Below, one piece after another: positions 11,293 through 25,000 of a DNA stretch of 64,000 bases. This DNA is from Ramazzottius varieornatus (lineage: Eukaryota > Animalia > Tardigrada). Within the stretch, counting starts at the first letter, position 1; each line of letters starts with the position of its first letter. Location: assembly GCA_001949185.1 (NCBI GenBank), contig BDGG01000005.1, forward strand, positions 1,477,249-1,541,248. Direction: 5' to 3'. The notes beneath the pieces were generated by a model. It saw only the letters and a list, made by a program, of their open reading frames with translations, was not told where the DNA came from and ran no database searches. The translations under genes and the position numbers were made by a program.

Positions 11293-12414
11293 TTACCAAG
11301 GAGTTTCTTGACGCTGCGCGAGGTAATCCTTGACGCCCTTCAAGTTCAAAACGCGCCCGTGGAGGGCCTTCAACAATGGGTACGGTTCTAGTACATCAGA
11401 TTTCAGCCGGATAGTTTCGTCCAGTAACTAGAAGAAAGAATGGATATGTATTGATCGTTTCATGGAAGTTCCGAACGATTTCGACACCTTCTTTCGCATT
11501 TCGAGTCAAACTGCATGGACAGCCTATGCGAAAAGCTTCGCTTGATTGGTTTGTGCTTTAGTGTTTGACTGGCTTTGCTCTGACTGGAAGTCATTTCGCT
11601 GATCATGAAGCTCGGCTGCTGATGATAAGAACAATCTTTCGCTTTTGGCGGGACTGTCACTGGACAAACCTGTACAAGGACGAAATCGGCCCACGTCGGC
11701 TTCCCACCGACGAGATAATCTTGTCCGGACGTATTGTTCAGCAAGATCTTTTCCCACCGATCCATGAACGGTTTGAGCAACGTCCCCGCGAAATGGTCTC
11801 CAGCCTCCTTAGCTTTCTTTTCGTCCTTGGCCAATAGAGCTCGAACGTAAGGGCCATATCCCATCCCCGCATCTGGAAGCATAACTCGTCATTCTCAAGT
11901 TTCACTGTCGTCATGATCGAGATGGATCTTTTGCGACTGACAAACCTGCTACGTTGTCGGCCAACGCATCGATTTGTGCTTCTTCCAGTGCATTCGACCC
12001 GTGAAGTCCATGCTACAGACATAAAGACACATCATGTCAGACCGTAAGGTTCGGGAGTACCATACGTACAAGTGTCCTGGCATTCGCAGTTAAGAACGAG
12101 AATGGAGTCAAAAGCAAAATAGACCTCTGCCTTTTGCGGCCCAGTGGCGCACACATCAATTTTCTGTGACGTCATCGCCAACTTACCTGTTTCGCCAGGT
12201 ACCTGCAGATGGAGTTCGTTTGCGCTAGCTGTCCTCTGCCCTCGACATCGACGTATGGAAGTTGCCCGAAAGGAGTCGTGCTCTTGATAGCCGGCCACTC
12301 GGAAAATTCGATCCTGTGATCGTCCCATTCTTGCCCTGTGTAGCTAAGCAGCAAGCGTATGGGTTCTCCCCGACCTCGCAGGTTGAAGTAATGAAGCGTC
12401 ACTTTCGGAGCCAT
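11293..12414 (-). CDS. Glutathione S-transferase, sigma class, copy 2 (4 exons)
   Basis: MAPKVTLHYFNLRGRGEPIR, TPFGQLP, YLVGGKPTWADF; last exon LLDETIRLKS...QRQETPW*. Same intron positions as copy 1. Confidence 0.92.
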
Positions 12415-12925
12415 TCTAATACAGAGACACTCCGGGTCCGCGAACTCAAGTTAAGCCTTCCCGTGTAGCGACTGAGGAGTAACGAAAAATTCTTCGATAA
12501 ACAGCACAGTAGTCTGCACGTTACCGAAAGCCCGACCGGCGCATGCAGTACAAAGCTTGCCTTTTTGGCAGCTTGGGCTTAGTGAATGCCTTCCGGTGGA
12601 TTTGATCCAGCCTTCAGGCACTCTATTGAAAAAATCGTGACCCACTTTACTTGTGACAAAGTGGATTTCTGATTGAGTAACGAAGGACTAGGAGACAATT
12701 TGCAGAGTTATTATGCGACAGTAGCTCCAAGCCGACTACTGTACCGTACGCGCGCGCGGAGGAAAGTCTTGACGAACAGTGGCCTATCGGATATTCCAAG
12801 CCGTTTATCGACGGTTCTCGATGGGTTTCACACCGCCTTGTATATTTTTGAATTTACAAACAGACAGAAGGCAGCCGACGGAAAACTAATGCGCCAGAAA
12901 ATTAGTGTTATGCCGAAGAACGTCC

Positions 12926-14558
12926 TCAATTGGTTGGTTCTGGTGCGTCAGTCTGGACAGTAGGCGCAACAGTTGTGGGGTTCTTGGGAATAGGGTACAT
13001 AGCGTTCATCTTTGCTATATCGATTGGGCTGAGTCCTCGTCGTTGACCGATCGGTGTGTCCTCATAGGGTTCTTTTCCACGGATGGTCCACACGTTCCTG
13101 TCAATGGCGAAGTCGTACTTCCCGTAGTGCATCACACTGTCGTAATCGTATGGCTGTCCGAAATGCGTAATGGTCTTCTCATCGTAGTTGTTGAAATTAT
13201 GTCGTTGATCTGAAAACGTTTAAAACCCACAGTTTTCTGGATCTGCGGAGTCGACGTTGTAGCGTGCAGGTTTTTTGGGAATGTTAGAAAGACTTACTTG
13301 GGTTGATGTTATTCCAGTTGATTTCAACGTGGTTATCACGGTCCGTGCGGGACTGTTCGTGGTAGAAACCGATGGCGTGCGTAATTTCATGTACGGCAAT
13401 CCCGACCGTGATGCACGTTCCGTATCCGGGAACGGGCACCTGAAGGTTGACAATCTGACGACCTCCAACTCTTCCGACGTAGCTGTAGCATCTGCAAAAT
13501 TAATATAAATTGACTGGTCAAGCAGTTTAGCAGAACTGGATAGTTTAACTTGAAGGAAACTCTAAGCGGGGTACGATGCTGAATCCAGTCTTCTTAGGTA
13601 TTTGATGCAACTCGGGTTGTAAAATGAGATGCGACCAGAAGAAACAAAGAATCCAGTACAGGAGGAGTAAGCATGTGNNNNNNNNNNNNNNNNNNNNNNN
13701 NNNNNNNNNNNNNNNNNNNNNNNNNNNCATGGGCTTTATTTTATTACGAGTGTCTCATGCTTTTCTATGGATGCGCCGTCTGAGACTACTGGGTCACACA
13801 TTTCCTCACTGGGTCACACATGCTAACTCTTCCTGTACAGGTCGAATACGTCCTTGCGAAAAGGATCTGCAGTGACGTAGTCATGACCATTGTAATGTCC
13901 CTTACGGTATGCCAAAGACGATGTGAAGGCGTAGCGTGCTCACCGGGAAGACGGTACGAGACTAAGTTACAAGACTACGAGACACTGGTACACTGTCCAC
14001 AGTGACAGTGAACGAAGACCTGATTCCATGCAGTTTTTCCCGTTGGACTTTGTCACTTTGACACTTACCCAGTGTTTACCGCTCCAGCCTGGATAAAGAT
14101 GTAGCTTGTCTCGGTGGTTCTGAGAACGAGAAGAACGTTGGTGCTGTTGTTAATCTGCGCGATCGCAACTTCGACCACGGCGCGTTGAGAAGCGGCTGTA
14201 AAACGAGCAGGTGAGTCTCGATCCTCAATCTTTCCTTCAGTCATCCTTGCAACTACTTACTGAACTTAGGGTCGATCACGTACGGGACCTTCTGGTTGGT
14301 CCATCGCTTGGTGGGACTGAGGATGCCGTTTCGGTTGTCCTGCAATTCGACTTTACTGTGAGTGACTTATTCCACAAGCATAGTAGCCATACTAACCATA
14401 TCGATGCCAGCGATATCTCCCTGAAACAGGTCCTCCCGCTGCATGAGCAAGGCATTCTTTGCGTCTTCAACCTCGTCCGCCCTCGGGATGACGGGGAGAC
14501 TGGATACTAGCTGGACGGCGAGGACGACTGCACAGCACAGGACACCGAAGCGAGCCAT
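12926..14558 (-). CDS. Astacin (M12A) zinc metalloprotease 2 with short Thr/Pro C-tail
   Basis: Signal MARFGVLCCAVVLA; LFQGDI; CYSYVGR; HEITHAIGFYHEQSRTDRD; SVMHY; tail PTTVAPTVQTDAPEPTN*. Confidence 0.9.
13678..13727. other. Assembly gap (50 N) inside an astacin-2 intron
   Basis: Run of n characters. Confidence 1.
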
Positions 14559-15437
14559 ATTCGCGACTTCCGGTTCGTAGTACACGATCAAGGTAAAACA
14601 CCGAGATGGCAACTATAACCCGTTCTACGAAGGTACGCTACGGGTTTGCCCCTTTTTAATATAGGTAAAGATGGTTCCTGGAATGCTGCTGACACGTTAT
14701 CTGGACGTCTTGGCCGTGACATCGGCGGATATCTGCAACAGTCACCTGACAGGACACCGCAGTCTCCGCTGCGATAAGTACATGAATGGGGTTATCTGAA
14801 GGACAGCCATCTTGGCAGGTATTGTGCACGATAGTGTACTTGACAACATGCCCAGATTTTCGGATGTTACGTACCACGGACGCCAGCTGATACGGCAAGT
14901 ACTCAGGTAGACGAATGGACTTCATGACTGGCAAAATATGCGGCCCAGAACGATCGAGGCACAAGGTAAGTTCGGTCCTTAGAGTCACCAGGCGCTTGAC
15001 ACACAATGTCATCGCAGCCTGGTGGAGAGCGTAATCCTGTGGATCCAAAAATCCCCGGGTGTATCTCGGACTTAATTCAGATACAATTAATACACGCGCA
15101 GTTTCTTCGCGGGGAAAGACATGTGGCGGCAAAACACAGTTGTATCCACTGACTCTACCCACAGAAAATCTCTATAGTTTTTATGGGAGAAACTCCATCT
15201 TTCTTGTCGGGGGAACTGTCCGAGTGTGGTCTTGATCGAGTGGCTACCAGTCTTGCTGGGTCAGCGCTCGAAAGATGTTGAGAAAAGCATAAAGAGATAA
15301 GCGGCGTTAACGATGGTGCTGCCGTCCGTGGTAACGGTAAGACGGCGAAGCTATAACGGTGGCTGTAGCCTGTCGATTACGCGGGTGCTGGCGTCGTTTT
15401 GTGATCGACCTGCTATTTATTCCCGTTGTATTGCTTT

Positions 15438-15447
15438 CTAAAAATAG
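15438..15447. promoter_or_regulatory. Perfect MEF2 consensus site CTAAAAATAG upstream of class IIa HDAC (second match CTATAAATAA at 16977-16986)
   Basis: Matches YTA(A/T)4TAR; lies in the long non-coding region 5' of the HDAC gene. Confidence 0.4.
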
Positions 15448-18400
15448 CCCTTTTACTGGGTAGGGATCTGGCCGAGGCGGCGCTATTGCATCGATACTAT
15501 GCAGCCATGACATGCCAGTGCTGACTGGGAGGCCTCGATTTTCCTCGTTTGTACGGCTGCTTGCATGGCGCGACTATGTGTGTATTTTAGGCACATGTTG
15601 CTGCCGTGTACGATTTCATATCTGCATAGCACCAAAGGGAAGACTTGGTTGAAGGCGGTGGTAGTTGGTAGGAGAAATCAGTTGGAGTTGTGAGCTTGGA
15701 CTAAATTAGTTTTGCGTTGCTTTGCCTCATGTGTTCAGCTGTTCAAAACAAGCTAAGAATAGCCACACTGGTGCTATATGGGTGATAAGTTGCTCTTCAT
15801 CAGTTTAGTGCCGGCATTCGGAGAAGAAATTGCCACCCGCTTTTCCGAGATAACTTTCTGAAGTTAGGAAGCATTCTCGCGAGAAACCTCGTAAGACACT
15901 GGCATTCTCCCAGTTTTCTCTTTCCTTCCACCTGCATTATCGTCTTCCTCAGACTGTTATGGTTTCTATGTTTCCAGGCAGGTCGAAAGAATGCTGAAGT
16001 GATTCTGCCTGGGCTCTTTGCGTCCGCGACCACACCATGTTTGCCGAAGAACTTCGCTGTTTGACGGCTCTACACCTTTGAATCCCGTCGACGATTTTGG
16101 AATTACCCTGACAACGTGTAAGTGGGTCTTACAACACATCTCAAAGCACAGAGCACCATAAGAACTGCAGTGAATGGCGGATATTTTGGTTAGAAGTTTT
16201 GTGAGGTGCGGTACGCGTACTGTGGCTTGGCATTACTCTGAGTCACTATGTTCGCGATCGTCAGGGGCAGTTCGTGCGTGAGAATTATCCCAGTCATCAT
16301 CGAGGGAAGGGGGTGATAGATTTGGTACCAGATTGAGTAGTCAAGGTCCGCTTTCAGCTTTTTCTGGGTGATAAAGAATTGGAAATTCGAAGCGGAACGT
16401 ATTTCGATTTCGAGTTGGTGGTCTGTGCTGGCCGGAAGTGGAGAGACCGGCATCTTTCGCTGCACGTATCACGGAAACGAAGACTGATTTTGCTTGTTAG
16501 TTTGGTTCCCATGAAGCTTGAAAGGTTTCTTGGTCTGATTTGCTTCTTCCCACTCCGTCACGGAAGAGTCCGTCGATGCTGGTAATCTGCGTGCTGAGAG
16601 AAACAGTTTCCTTATTCGAATAGGGTATATCGTATCTTATACCCGTGTAAGCACTACGGGAGATAAAGGCACTAGCCAGACAGTAGGAAAAGCCCGGGAT
16701 TGAAGGTCATTTTGCAAAGATTTTATTTTGAGTCTTCTGACGCAGGTGCGCTTATCCAGGAAGCAGTTTCCCGTCAGTAAGATGCGGTGGGTGTTCTGGA
16801 GATTGAGAGCAAGGCATGAATGCTTCGTGCGCTTCGTGCGTATTTTTAGCCCGAAATCATGATTGATTGCCAGGGATTAGATGTTTGGCTGGGCCTGTGA
16901 TGGCGGCGCAGCTCTGTGCCTGAGCTTAGGCCAGGAACCTAAATAAACTAACGAGCGTTGATATCCTGCATGCAAACTATAAATAACTCCCCTTCAGTAC
17001 TCGGTTGTCGGTACTGATCGACCGGGGCGCTCTCCCTTCATCGAGCTATCCTGTCGAGCTAGCGAGGTGACATTCAGTGGAGTACAGTCAGTCGAGGAGC
17101 CCGTGTTGCAATCGGAGAATGCAATCAGGAAGGGGTAAATGCCTGTTAGCGTCTTCCTGGAGGAAACCACCGGTTTCCCTGGAAGCCTGATCCCGCTCTA
17201 GTTTTGCACTCACATTACATGGTTTCACCATGCAGTTACTGGTTGGTCAAAGTGTGGTACGAATGGCTCAAGTTATACTGAGTGCGGCATAACGAATGGG
17301 AAGTTGGGCAAATGGACTGCGCCGGATCACCGTTTCAAGTGGCACACGCTTTTGTTGGTATTAGTCAAGGGTGTCCGCCACTTGGAGGAACGATCTGCTT
17401 CATTTCGTCTGCCTACGGGACGTCCCGTAGTTTTTGGCACCACCCTGTTCGTGGGTACGGTTTAGGCTTTTAGCTTGGCGCACCCTTGTTCACGTCAGGA
17501 AGCCAACCTTGAGCAAGCACACTGCCTGTAATTTCCTGCCAGTCCTCCAGTCTCTGGCAGGTCGGGCGGAAAGTGACATCCGTGTATCGATCGATCGATG
17601 ATGTCTTTGAAGGATTGGCACAAGGATGTGTTCTACAGAGCAGTGTAGTACAGAGAAGGGTGAACGATGGGAAAAACGTCTGGGAAGACCTGTTGCAATG
17701 AAAGGAGGCCATGATGGCGGCATGCATATTTAGCAGCTACATTTCCGGCTAGCTACTCTTTTGCAAAGGGCGCTATTCTCCATTATGAATTTTCCCTAAT
17801 CAACACGGTTCCTCCCGGCGTATTGTATCCCGGCGTATGGGAAACTATGTAACGTAAGTCGTAAGAAATGTGATTGGTGCTTTTCTCCTTGTGGTTCTTC
17901 GCGGTACTGGTACTAATACATGCTCACCTCTTCGGGGAAACCTACAGAATGCGCCACGCAGTTAGATCAACTGTCGTGAGTTCGCGCTAACGAACCCATC
18001 AAGAGAAGTTACCTCTTGTTTTGCCTTTTTACCGACCGATCTGTCCCCTACGTTGTGGCGAACCTCTCCTTGCACTAACTGGGTGTCAGGAAGAAGCTTA
18101 ACCATACCTGTTACTGTAGATGGTTGTGTGGAAACGAGAGGCAATTTAGCCCATGTGTTTTGTTGTGGATGGATTCTAGTTGAGGGGCCCGGAAATGAAA
18201 TCAGCGGGTTGTACGACCTCGGTAAGGTTGCACGCATGCAGCAGTCTGTAATGATGGTTGATAGGTACCATGTACGAGGTTTCTTGTTCTCGGGGGAACG
18301 AAGAGGAGGAGCATTAGTGAGGAAGACAGCAGTGCAACGGAAGTAGGAAGTAGGGGAGCGGATATTAAGCCATGATTTTGGCACTTGTTAATTCTTCTCT

Positions 18401-19007
18401 GTGAGTATTTATAGGTCCGGCCGCAATCGGTGTTACAGATGGAGGAGGCCTGCAGATGTTGGCGATTGTTGAGTAACATTTAGCAGAAGGCGCGCGCGCT
18501 CACACTGCTGCCGCTCCCCATCGATTGGATACTGTGCGTCTCTCGGGTGATACGTGATGTAGCTAAAAAAAGACACACTACCAAATCAACGCGACTCAAA
18601 TCGCGATAATATATCTTCAAGTTCGCGCCTGAATGTCGTTCGATGATGGCAGTCACGCAGTGTTCCTTCCTTCTCCCCGCGACTCCCACAGTAGCAATAT
18701 TGCGACCTCACACTCTCCTCTTTCTCCTCGGATCGAGTGCTTTGTATGTTCGTGCTGATCACGAGCCAACACTTTGCGTCTACACTGTATGCAAAGCAGA
18801 CCCGAGAGTTACTCAATGTTTGTTTGAAATTCCACTGCACACGTTTTGTCGTATACTGCTTTGATGGTTGGTGTAAATCAATAGCGTTGACTAATCGACC
18901 TTCAGATAACGCATCGTTTCTTGCTCCCGGGATGTAATCCGTGATTCCGTTTTTCTCAGTCCTCGCTTTTGGGTCTTACAGGTTGACGAGAAGACTACGA
19001 CGGAGAA

Positions 19008-22000
19008 ATGGATGTGAACCCGGGATATCGCCATTCACCGTCCCCAAAAGGTACGCAGCACCAAGACGGTATTCATCCACCTCGTCCAACTCGTGCACAT
19101 CCCCATTTTCCTTCCGGAACGTTTATCGAACTTGAGAGCACTGAGTTTCCACTAATCCCACCTCAAAGCGTTTGCACACTGTGGTGGAAGTATCACTGGT
19201 CTTTTGGGAAAAAAAACACATCCCTGCCTCAGAAGCAAAACAAAATCTTCGGAACCGGAAGTAGTGTTGTGGTTCCATGAAATAGCGCGCTGACTCGAAT
19301 GGGTTTTCCTGATTACAAAATAGCTTTGTTTACCTGTTTAAGGTGTTGTTTGACTGATGGTTATTTTCCCTTGCAGATCCGAAGTCATCCTCTCAGACGC
19401 TCACTGCCTCGGGTGACGACAAGGAAGCCGGCTTGAGTCCCCGTAACGAGAGTGAAGCATCTTCTGTACCAGTTCCGCAATTACAGCAGCATTTACTCTT
19501 TCTGAAACACCAGCAGCAAATGCAGCAGCAAATCCTCCTCCAGCAGTTCCACCAGCAACAACAACAGCTTATCGATCAGCATAACAAGCAGGTCCACGAG
19601 CATATGCGCCTCTACTTCGAGCACCAGAAACGCCTGGAAGAACAAGATCGTGCTGAAAGGGAGAAGAAGGAGGTCGAGCGGCTCGAAGCTTTACGCCACA
19701 AAGATAAACACGAGCAAAGTAAGCAAAGCCCATCTCATCCAACAGAAAGGTTAAGGTCTTTCAATAGGATTTTTCCTTGATAATTTCGCTTGAAATCTCG
19801 ATTTTCATTTATCGTTTTTAACTATCCAAATTCTTCTGAAATTTGTTTTATCATCTGGAACGTCCGCAAAGGTTTTGCCCAGATCGTTAACTGAAGTGGC
19901 GCACGTTCTCGTCGTTATCGGCCATAAAACGCTCTGAGTGATTTCGCTTGCCGACATCCCATTCTTGATTTTGTCTAAGTTCTCTTCAAAATTTACGAGT
20001 TTGTTTTCTCATGTGTTATAATAATTTTCACGAATGTGTATTCGCAGGCGCGGTCGCTTCGTCGGAAGTGAAGCAACGTTTGCACGAGTTTGTCCTACAA
20101 AAGAAGCAGCGTGAATCGATGAGCAACATCAACGGTTATGGCAAAGCTACTTCGCCCGTAAACAACAACCGTGACTGGTAATAAACTGTGTTGCGACATT
20201 CGACACTCTACATCCAATTGTCATAGATGATTGTTGTGAAGCTCGTAAATAATCGTAACGTTTGTTGTTGATTATCCATAGGAATGCGCACGAAGTGACA
20301 TCTGGGTCGCCACAGTCAACCACCCCGATTGCCTCCATCGTTCATCGCGTCGTCCGTGAAGACTTCCCCCTCCGAAAAACAGGTACGCACAATCCGTACG
20401 CTATTTGGTCTGACGAACTCGAGCGAAATTGCACTAGACAAAAACGACAAAAATCTGAGTAAAAAAGGGCAGCGAACCCTTGAATCCAACCCACGTCCTC
20501 TGAAACGTTTCCAGTATAACCTGACCAATGACGAATCATTTTGCCGTGTGCAACTTTTTCGGCTGTTTTCCACAATTATTCGGTACACGAATCGTGGCGA
20601 TTCGCAAGAGCATGACTTATTCCACCGTGGTTCGGTTCCGAGAATATCTGGCGGAAAATTTTTCAGGGTATCTTCTTCTGCTGCACCCTCTAATGCCTCT
20701 CGCTGTGATACCACGTCTAATTAACGAATGAATATTCCGCGTGCCTAACATTCATCCCCCACATAACGTTGCAATCATGCGTTGTCCAACATAACCTGTT
20801 AACGCCTTTGGTGCCTGACCCTGACATCAGTCTTTGTGTCTGTTTCTTCCAGCCTCCGAGCCCAATTTGAAAATCCGCTCGGCGCTGAAGCAGCGTGTGC
20901 TTGAGCGTCGTCTCAGCCCTCTAATGAAACCCATCCAGGACAAGCTCCTCACCTCCACAACCGCATCCCGTAGAAGCTCCCATAACCCAAGTAGGCATGA
21001 TCAAGCTCTCTTTCGCTCTCTCTAACTGCTTCCTGTCATGCATGCATGGACGAAGGCGCCTCCCAATACAACGAAGGACTCGTCAAGCTTGCATGACGAT
21101 ATTTACCGCTGACGTGTCCTCTGTAACGATAATGGCCTGTTCTTTGAATTGTGATGGGCTTCTTTCTTTTTTTAGCTGCGGTCGTTTATCGAATGAGTGT
21201 ATTTTTATTTACAGATGGCTCTTCGAGCAATTCCGACTCTGGACCGGAGTCACCTGGGGCTCCTGCCAGTTCGGTCGGTGGAGCCTCCCATCACGGAAGT
21301 CTGTCATCGCTCACTGGCAGCGAGGTGAGAGTAACAACCAGTATTTGTTTCGGAATAGACTCACACAGCTGAGGCGAACGATGCAGTACATCGATCGAAA
21401 TCGGGACTTCCTGTCAGCCATTCGAATGCCCCAGAACCAATGTATGAACATGGGCAAATGATTTAAACTAAAGCGTTTTCCTGCGCACACTTCCAGCCGA
21501 TAACAATGGCGACACGCGCCATCTGAGATGACGATCTGGTTCAAGGCCTATCCCGATGACGCCGACGTCCCCTCTAGTCATGTTTGATAACAGTACTGAG
21601 ACAACGGCATTTTGAAAAAGAATATTTTTGGAAAATTTTTAGGGGCATTAGATTAACAGAAGTAGTACGAGGAGAAAATAGCGGACTCGTCAATGCAAAA
21701 TCGCATGGCCAAGTTGTCATCGTCGGATCTGACGAAGTACTGGGTCGTTTTGGTTGCTTCTCGGTTCTTTAGCTATAAGAAACCTGGTGGAGTCTGACTG
21801 TACTCGTCCAGAAGATAAGGAGAACACAGAGAGTCTATTGCCGGGTTTAACAGGAAGAGAGGTTTCCCTAATGTTAAAATGCCTGTGGGAAAATTTTTCA
21901 GCGAGCCGTTAGGGGCGTGAGTGTCGCGTTCCGTTAGGCTATGGTAGGTAAAGCAAATAGAACGTATCGCCACCGCGCGGCCTAAAAGTTTTTTATGATG

Positions 22001-25000
22001 AAGCTACTTACATCCTTCTACATATATAATCTTAATTTTAAATTTATTCACGCGGCATACGAATATTCTCAATGTTAAGTTCTCAATGTCGGCCTGACAA
22101 GTCCGCCATGCGATTTTGCATTGACAAGTCCGCTATGTTCTCTTCGTAGCCAACTTGACCTCGAAAACAAAATAGCATTTTGAAGAAACCGGACCATGAA
22201 GGTTACTGATGACGTAAGCTCGGCGATGTCAGATATGGCCTGCTAGACATTGAGAATATTCTTATGCCGTGTGATTAATTCTAAAATTAAGATCGTATAC
22301 GTAGAAGGATGTAAGTAACTTAATCATAAACGTATTCTCCCCCAGTGTAACTGTAGCAGCTCCCGGGTGTTTCGATTTTGTCGGTCATTTTCTTTTCTGC
22401 TGGACTGACGTCTGTTTCGTTCCATTTATAGATGAGCAATCACCCCCCTTTCCGCTTCCCTGTAGCTGGTCTATCAGGATACGCTGATCTCAGCCTCTTT
22501 TCCGTTCCCCACATGCCCAGCGCCAGCATCACTCAAGGTCGCCCAATGTTCACAAACCCCGGTGAGATACTCAACGGACTGGCAAGCTCTGAGGTACAGC
22601 TACGAATGGCTGCTGCAGCTGCCGCAAGAATGGCCATGCCCTTCAATCTCGGTGGACTCTTCAGCATGCAGGGAATGTTACCTCCCAGTAAGCCTTTTTG
22701 TTACAAAGTTAATGTTGGAAAAAACTCGACCAGATCGTTTCCCAAGTGGCGCATCTCTTCAGTCGTATTGGCTGGACGCGTGCGCCACTTGGAAAGGCGA
22801 CCTGTTGAGTTTACTGACCGAGCAGCTGAGCACCCATCTGCACTTTCGCGGTTACACACTTTTCACTTGGTTTTCAGTACTGGATGAGTTTGGGCAGCAG
22901 CCCGAATCCAGCAGCTCGCCCTCGGACATTCACCAGCAGATGAAGTTGCTGGAACAGCAAGCTCACGCTTTCATTCCCGGTGTTTATGGTGGGCCACCCC
23001 GTCTGACTGACGCACAGGTCGCCCACGCGCGTCTCAACCGCACAACACCCCGTCCCCTCAATCGCACACACTCCGCACCACTGCCTCTGGGCCATCCGCT
23101 CCTGCAGGCTCAGAACCTTCTCATGGCCAACCCAGACTACAAGCAGATGATGGAACAACACCAACACCTCCTCCTCAAGCAACACATTCGTCAAACGGTC
23201 CTCAGTCGAGCCAGCAGCAAGAACCAGGTAAACAGCCCATCTGTCACTTCGCTTGATCAAGAGTAATCGAAAACTTAATTGAAGGTAGCGGAAGTGGCTG
23301 AAGAAGCCGAGGAGAACGCCGGTGAGGCGATGGACCAAAGCAGTGGCGGGGAAACCAGACCTGTCCAGTCTGACGTGGTGGATCTCTCGATGAAGGATGA
23401 AGACCGGCTGGGAGACCTCAATGTCAAGAGAGATTCCAAGGGAGAGCTCGTCAGGGAACATCGCCGTCATAGTCCGAGGCCTCTGGCCAGAGCCTTCTCA
23501 AGTCCGTTGGTCCTCAATGCCATCACCAGACAAGCCACACCACCAAGACCCGGATGCGCTACAGGTAAACCAACCACCTCGTGTAGTAGCTAAACTTTCT
23601 GCAAGCTTTACACTGGTTCAGAAATAACCGTGGTGAAACTCCACTCTGGGCACGATTCTTGTACGTCTATTCGGGGAAAAAACAAACCTGTTATAGTGTA
23701 ATGACTTGAGATCTTTCCAGGTATCGTCTACGATTCGGTCATGCTGAAACATCAGTGTATCTGCGGCGACAACTCACTCCATCCAGAGCACAGTGGCCGC
23801 CTGCAGAGCATCTTTGCCAGACTCCAAGAAACCGGCCTTCTCAACCGCTGCGAGAGACTACGATCGCGCAAAGCCACCCTGGAAGAAATCCAGACATGCC
23901 ATTCCGAGGCGTATACTATGCTCTTTGGATCCAACCCGACAAACCGTTCAAGGATGGACCCGAACAAACTGGGTAAGCCACTTGCGACGATATCCAGTCA
24001 ACAGGATTTTAGACGTCTTTGGATGACGTCCACTTTACGAGAACTCTTTTCTTTTCAGCCGAACTCCCCCTAAAGAGCTTCGTCCTCCTACCGTGTGGTG
24101 GCGTGGGAGTTGACTCGGATACCACATGGAATGAACTGCATACCGCCAGCGCAGCGCGCATGGCTGTGGGCTGTGTAATCGAGCTGGTCTTCAGGATCGC
24201 CACCGGAGAGATCAAGGTATGGTTCTTCGCAAGTATGAAGCGATAGCGCGAATATCACACCCGATGAGCTGTTGGCGGTCTTCGTGGAATTTTACATGAT
24301 TCATGCATCATGTCTACAGAATGGTTTCGCCATTGTACGACCACCAGGACACCATGCGGAATATCAGCTGGCAATGTAAGTGTGGAAAAGTCATAGCGAA
24401 AAGGCGCTGATAGGGTTTTACGTTGGGTCGTTGGCCATCGCATTCTCAGAGCGAAAGTTATAAGTTGAGACTAGAAAGGACTTCTATGGTAAAAGGTTGA
24501 AAGGGTGCGTTGATTTTTGTAGGGGTTTCTGTTTCTTCAATTCCGTCGCCATCGCCACCAAGCTCGCCCGCCACCGTCTGCATATTCAGCGTATCCTGAT
24601 CCTCGACTTTGACGTCCATCACGGCAACGGCACGCAGCAAATCTTCTACACTGACCCGAACGTCCTGTACATATCCATCCACCGGCACGATCACGGCAAC
24701 TTCTTCCCGGGAACTGGTGCGCCAGAAGAGGTGGGAGCGGACGCCGGCGTGGGCTTCAACGTCAACGTTGCCTTCTCCGGTGGGCTGAACCCGCCGATGG
24801 GCGACGTCGAGTATCTGGCCGCATTCCGCACCGTCATCATGCCTATCGCCGAAGAGTTTTCCCCGGATCTCGTCATCGTGTCGGCTGGCTTCGACGCGGC
24901 GATCGGGCATCCGGCACCTTTGGGTGGCTACACCGTAACACCTACCTGTACGTTAGATCATTTTCAAAATGAAGAAGCTGGGTAAACCAGATGTGCACGA

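Noticed and set aside
14656-15162. 168-aa minus-strand ORF upstream of astacin 2
   Set aside because: Non-ATG start, no motif and no convincing splice context; possibly a relic but unsupported.
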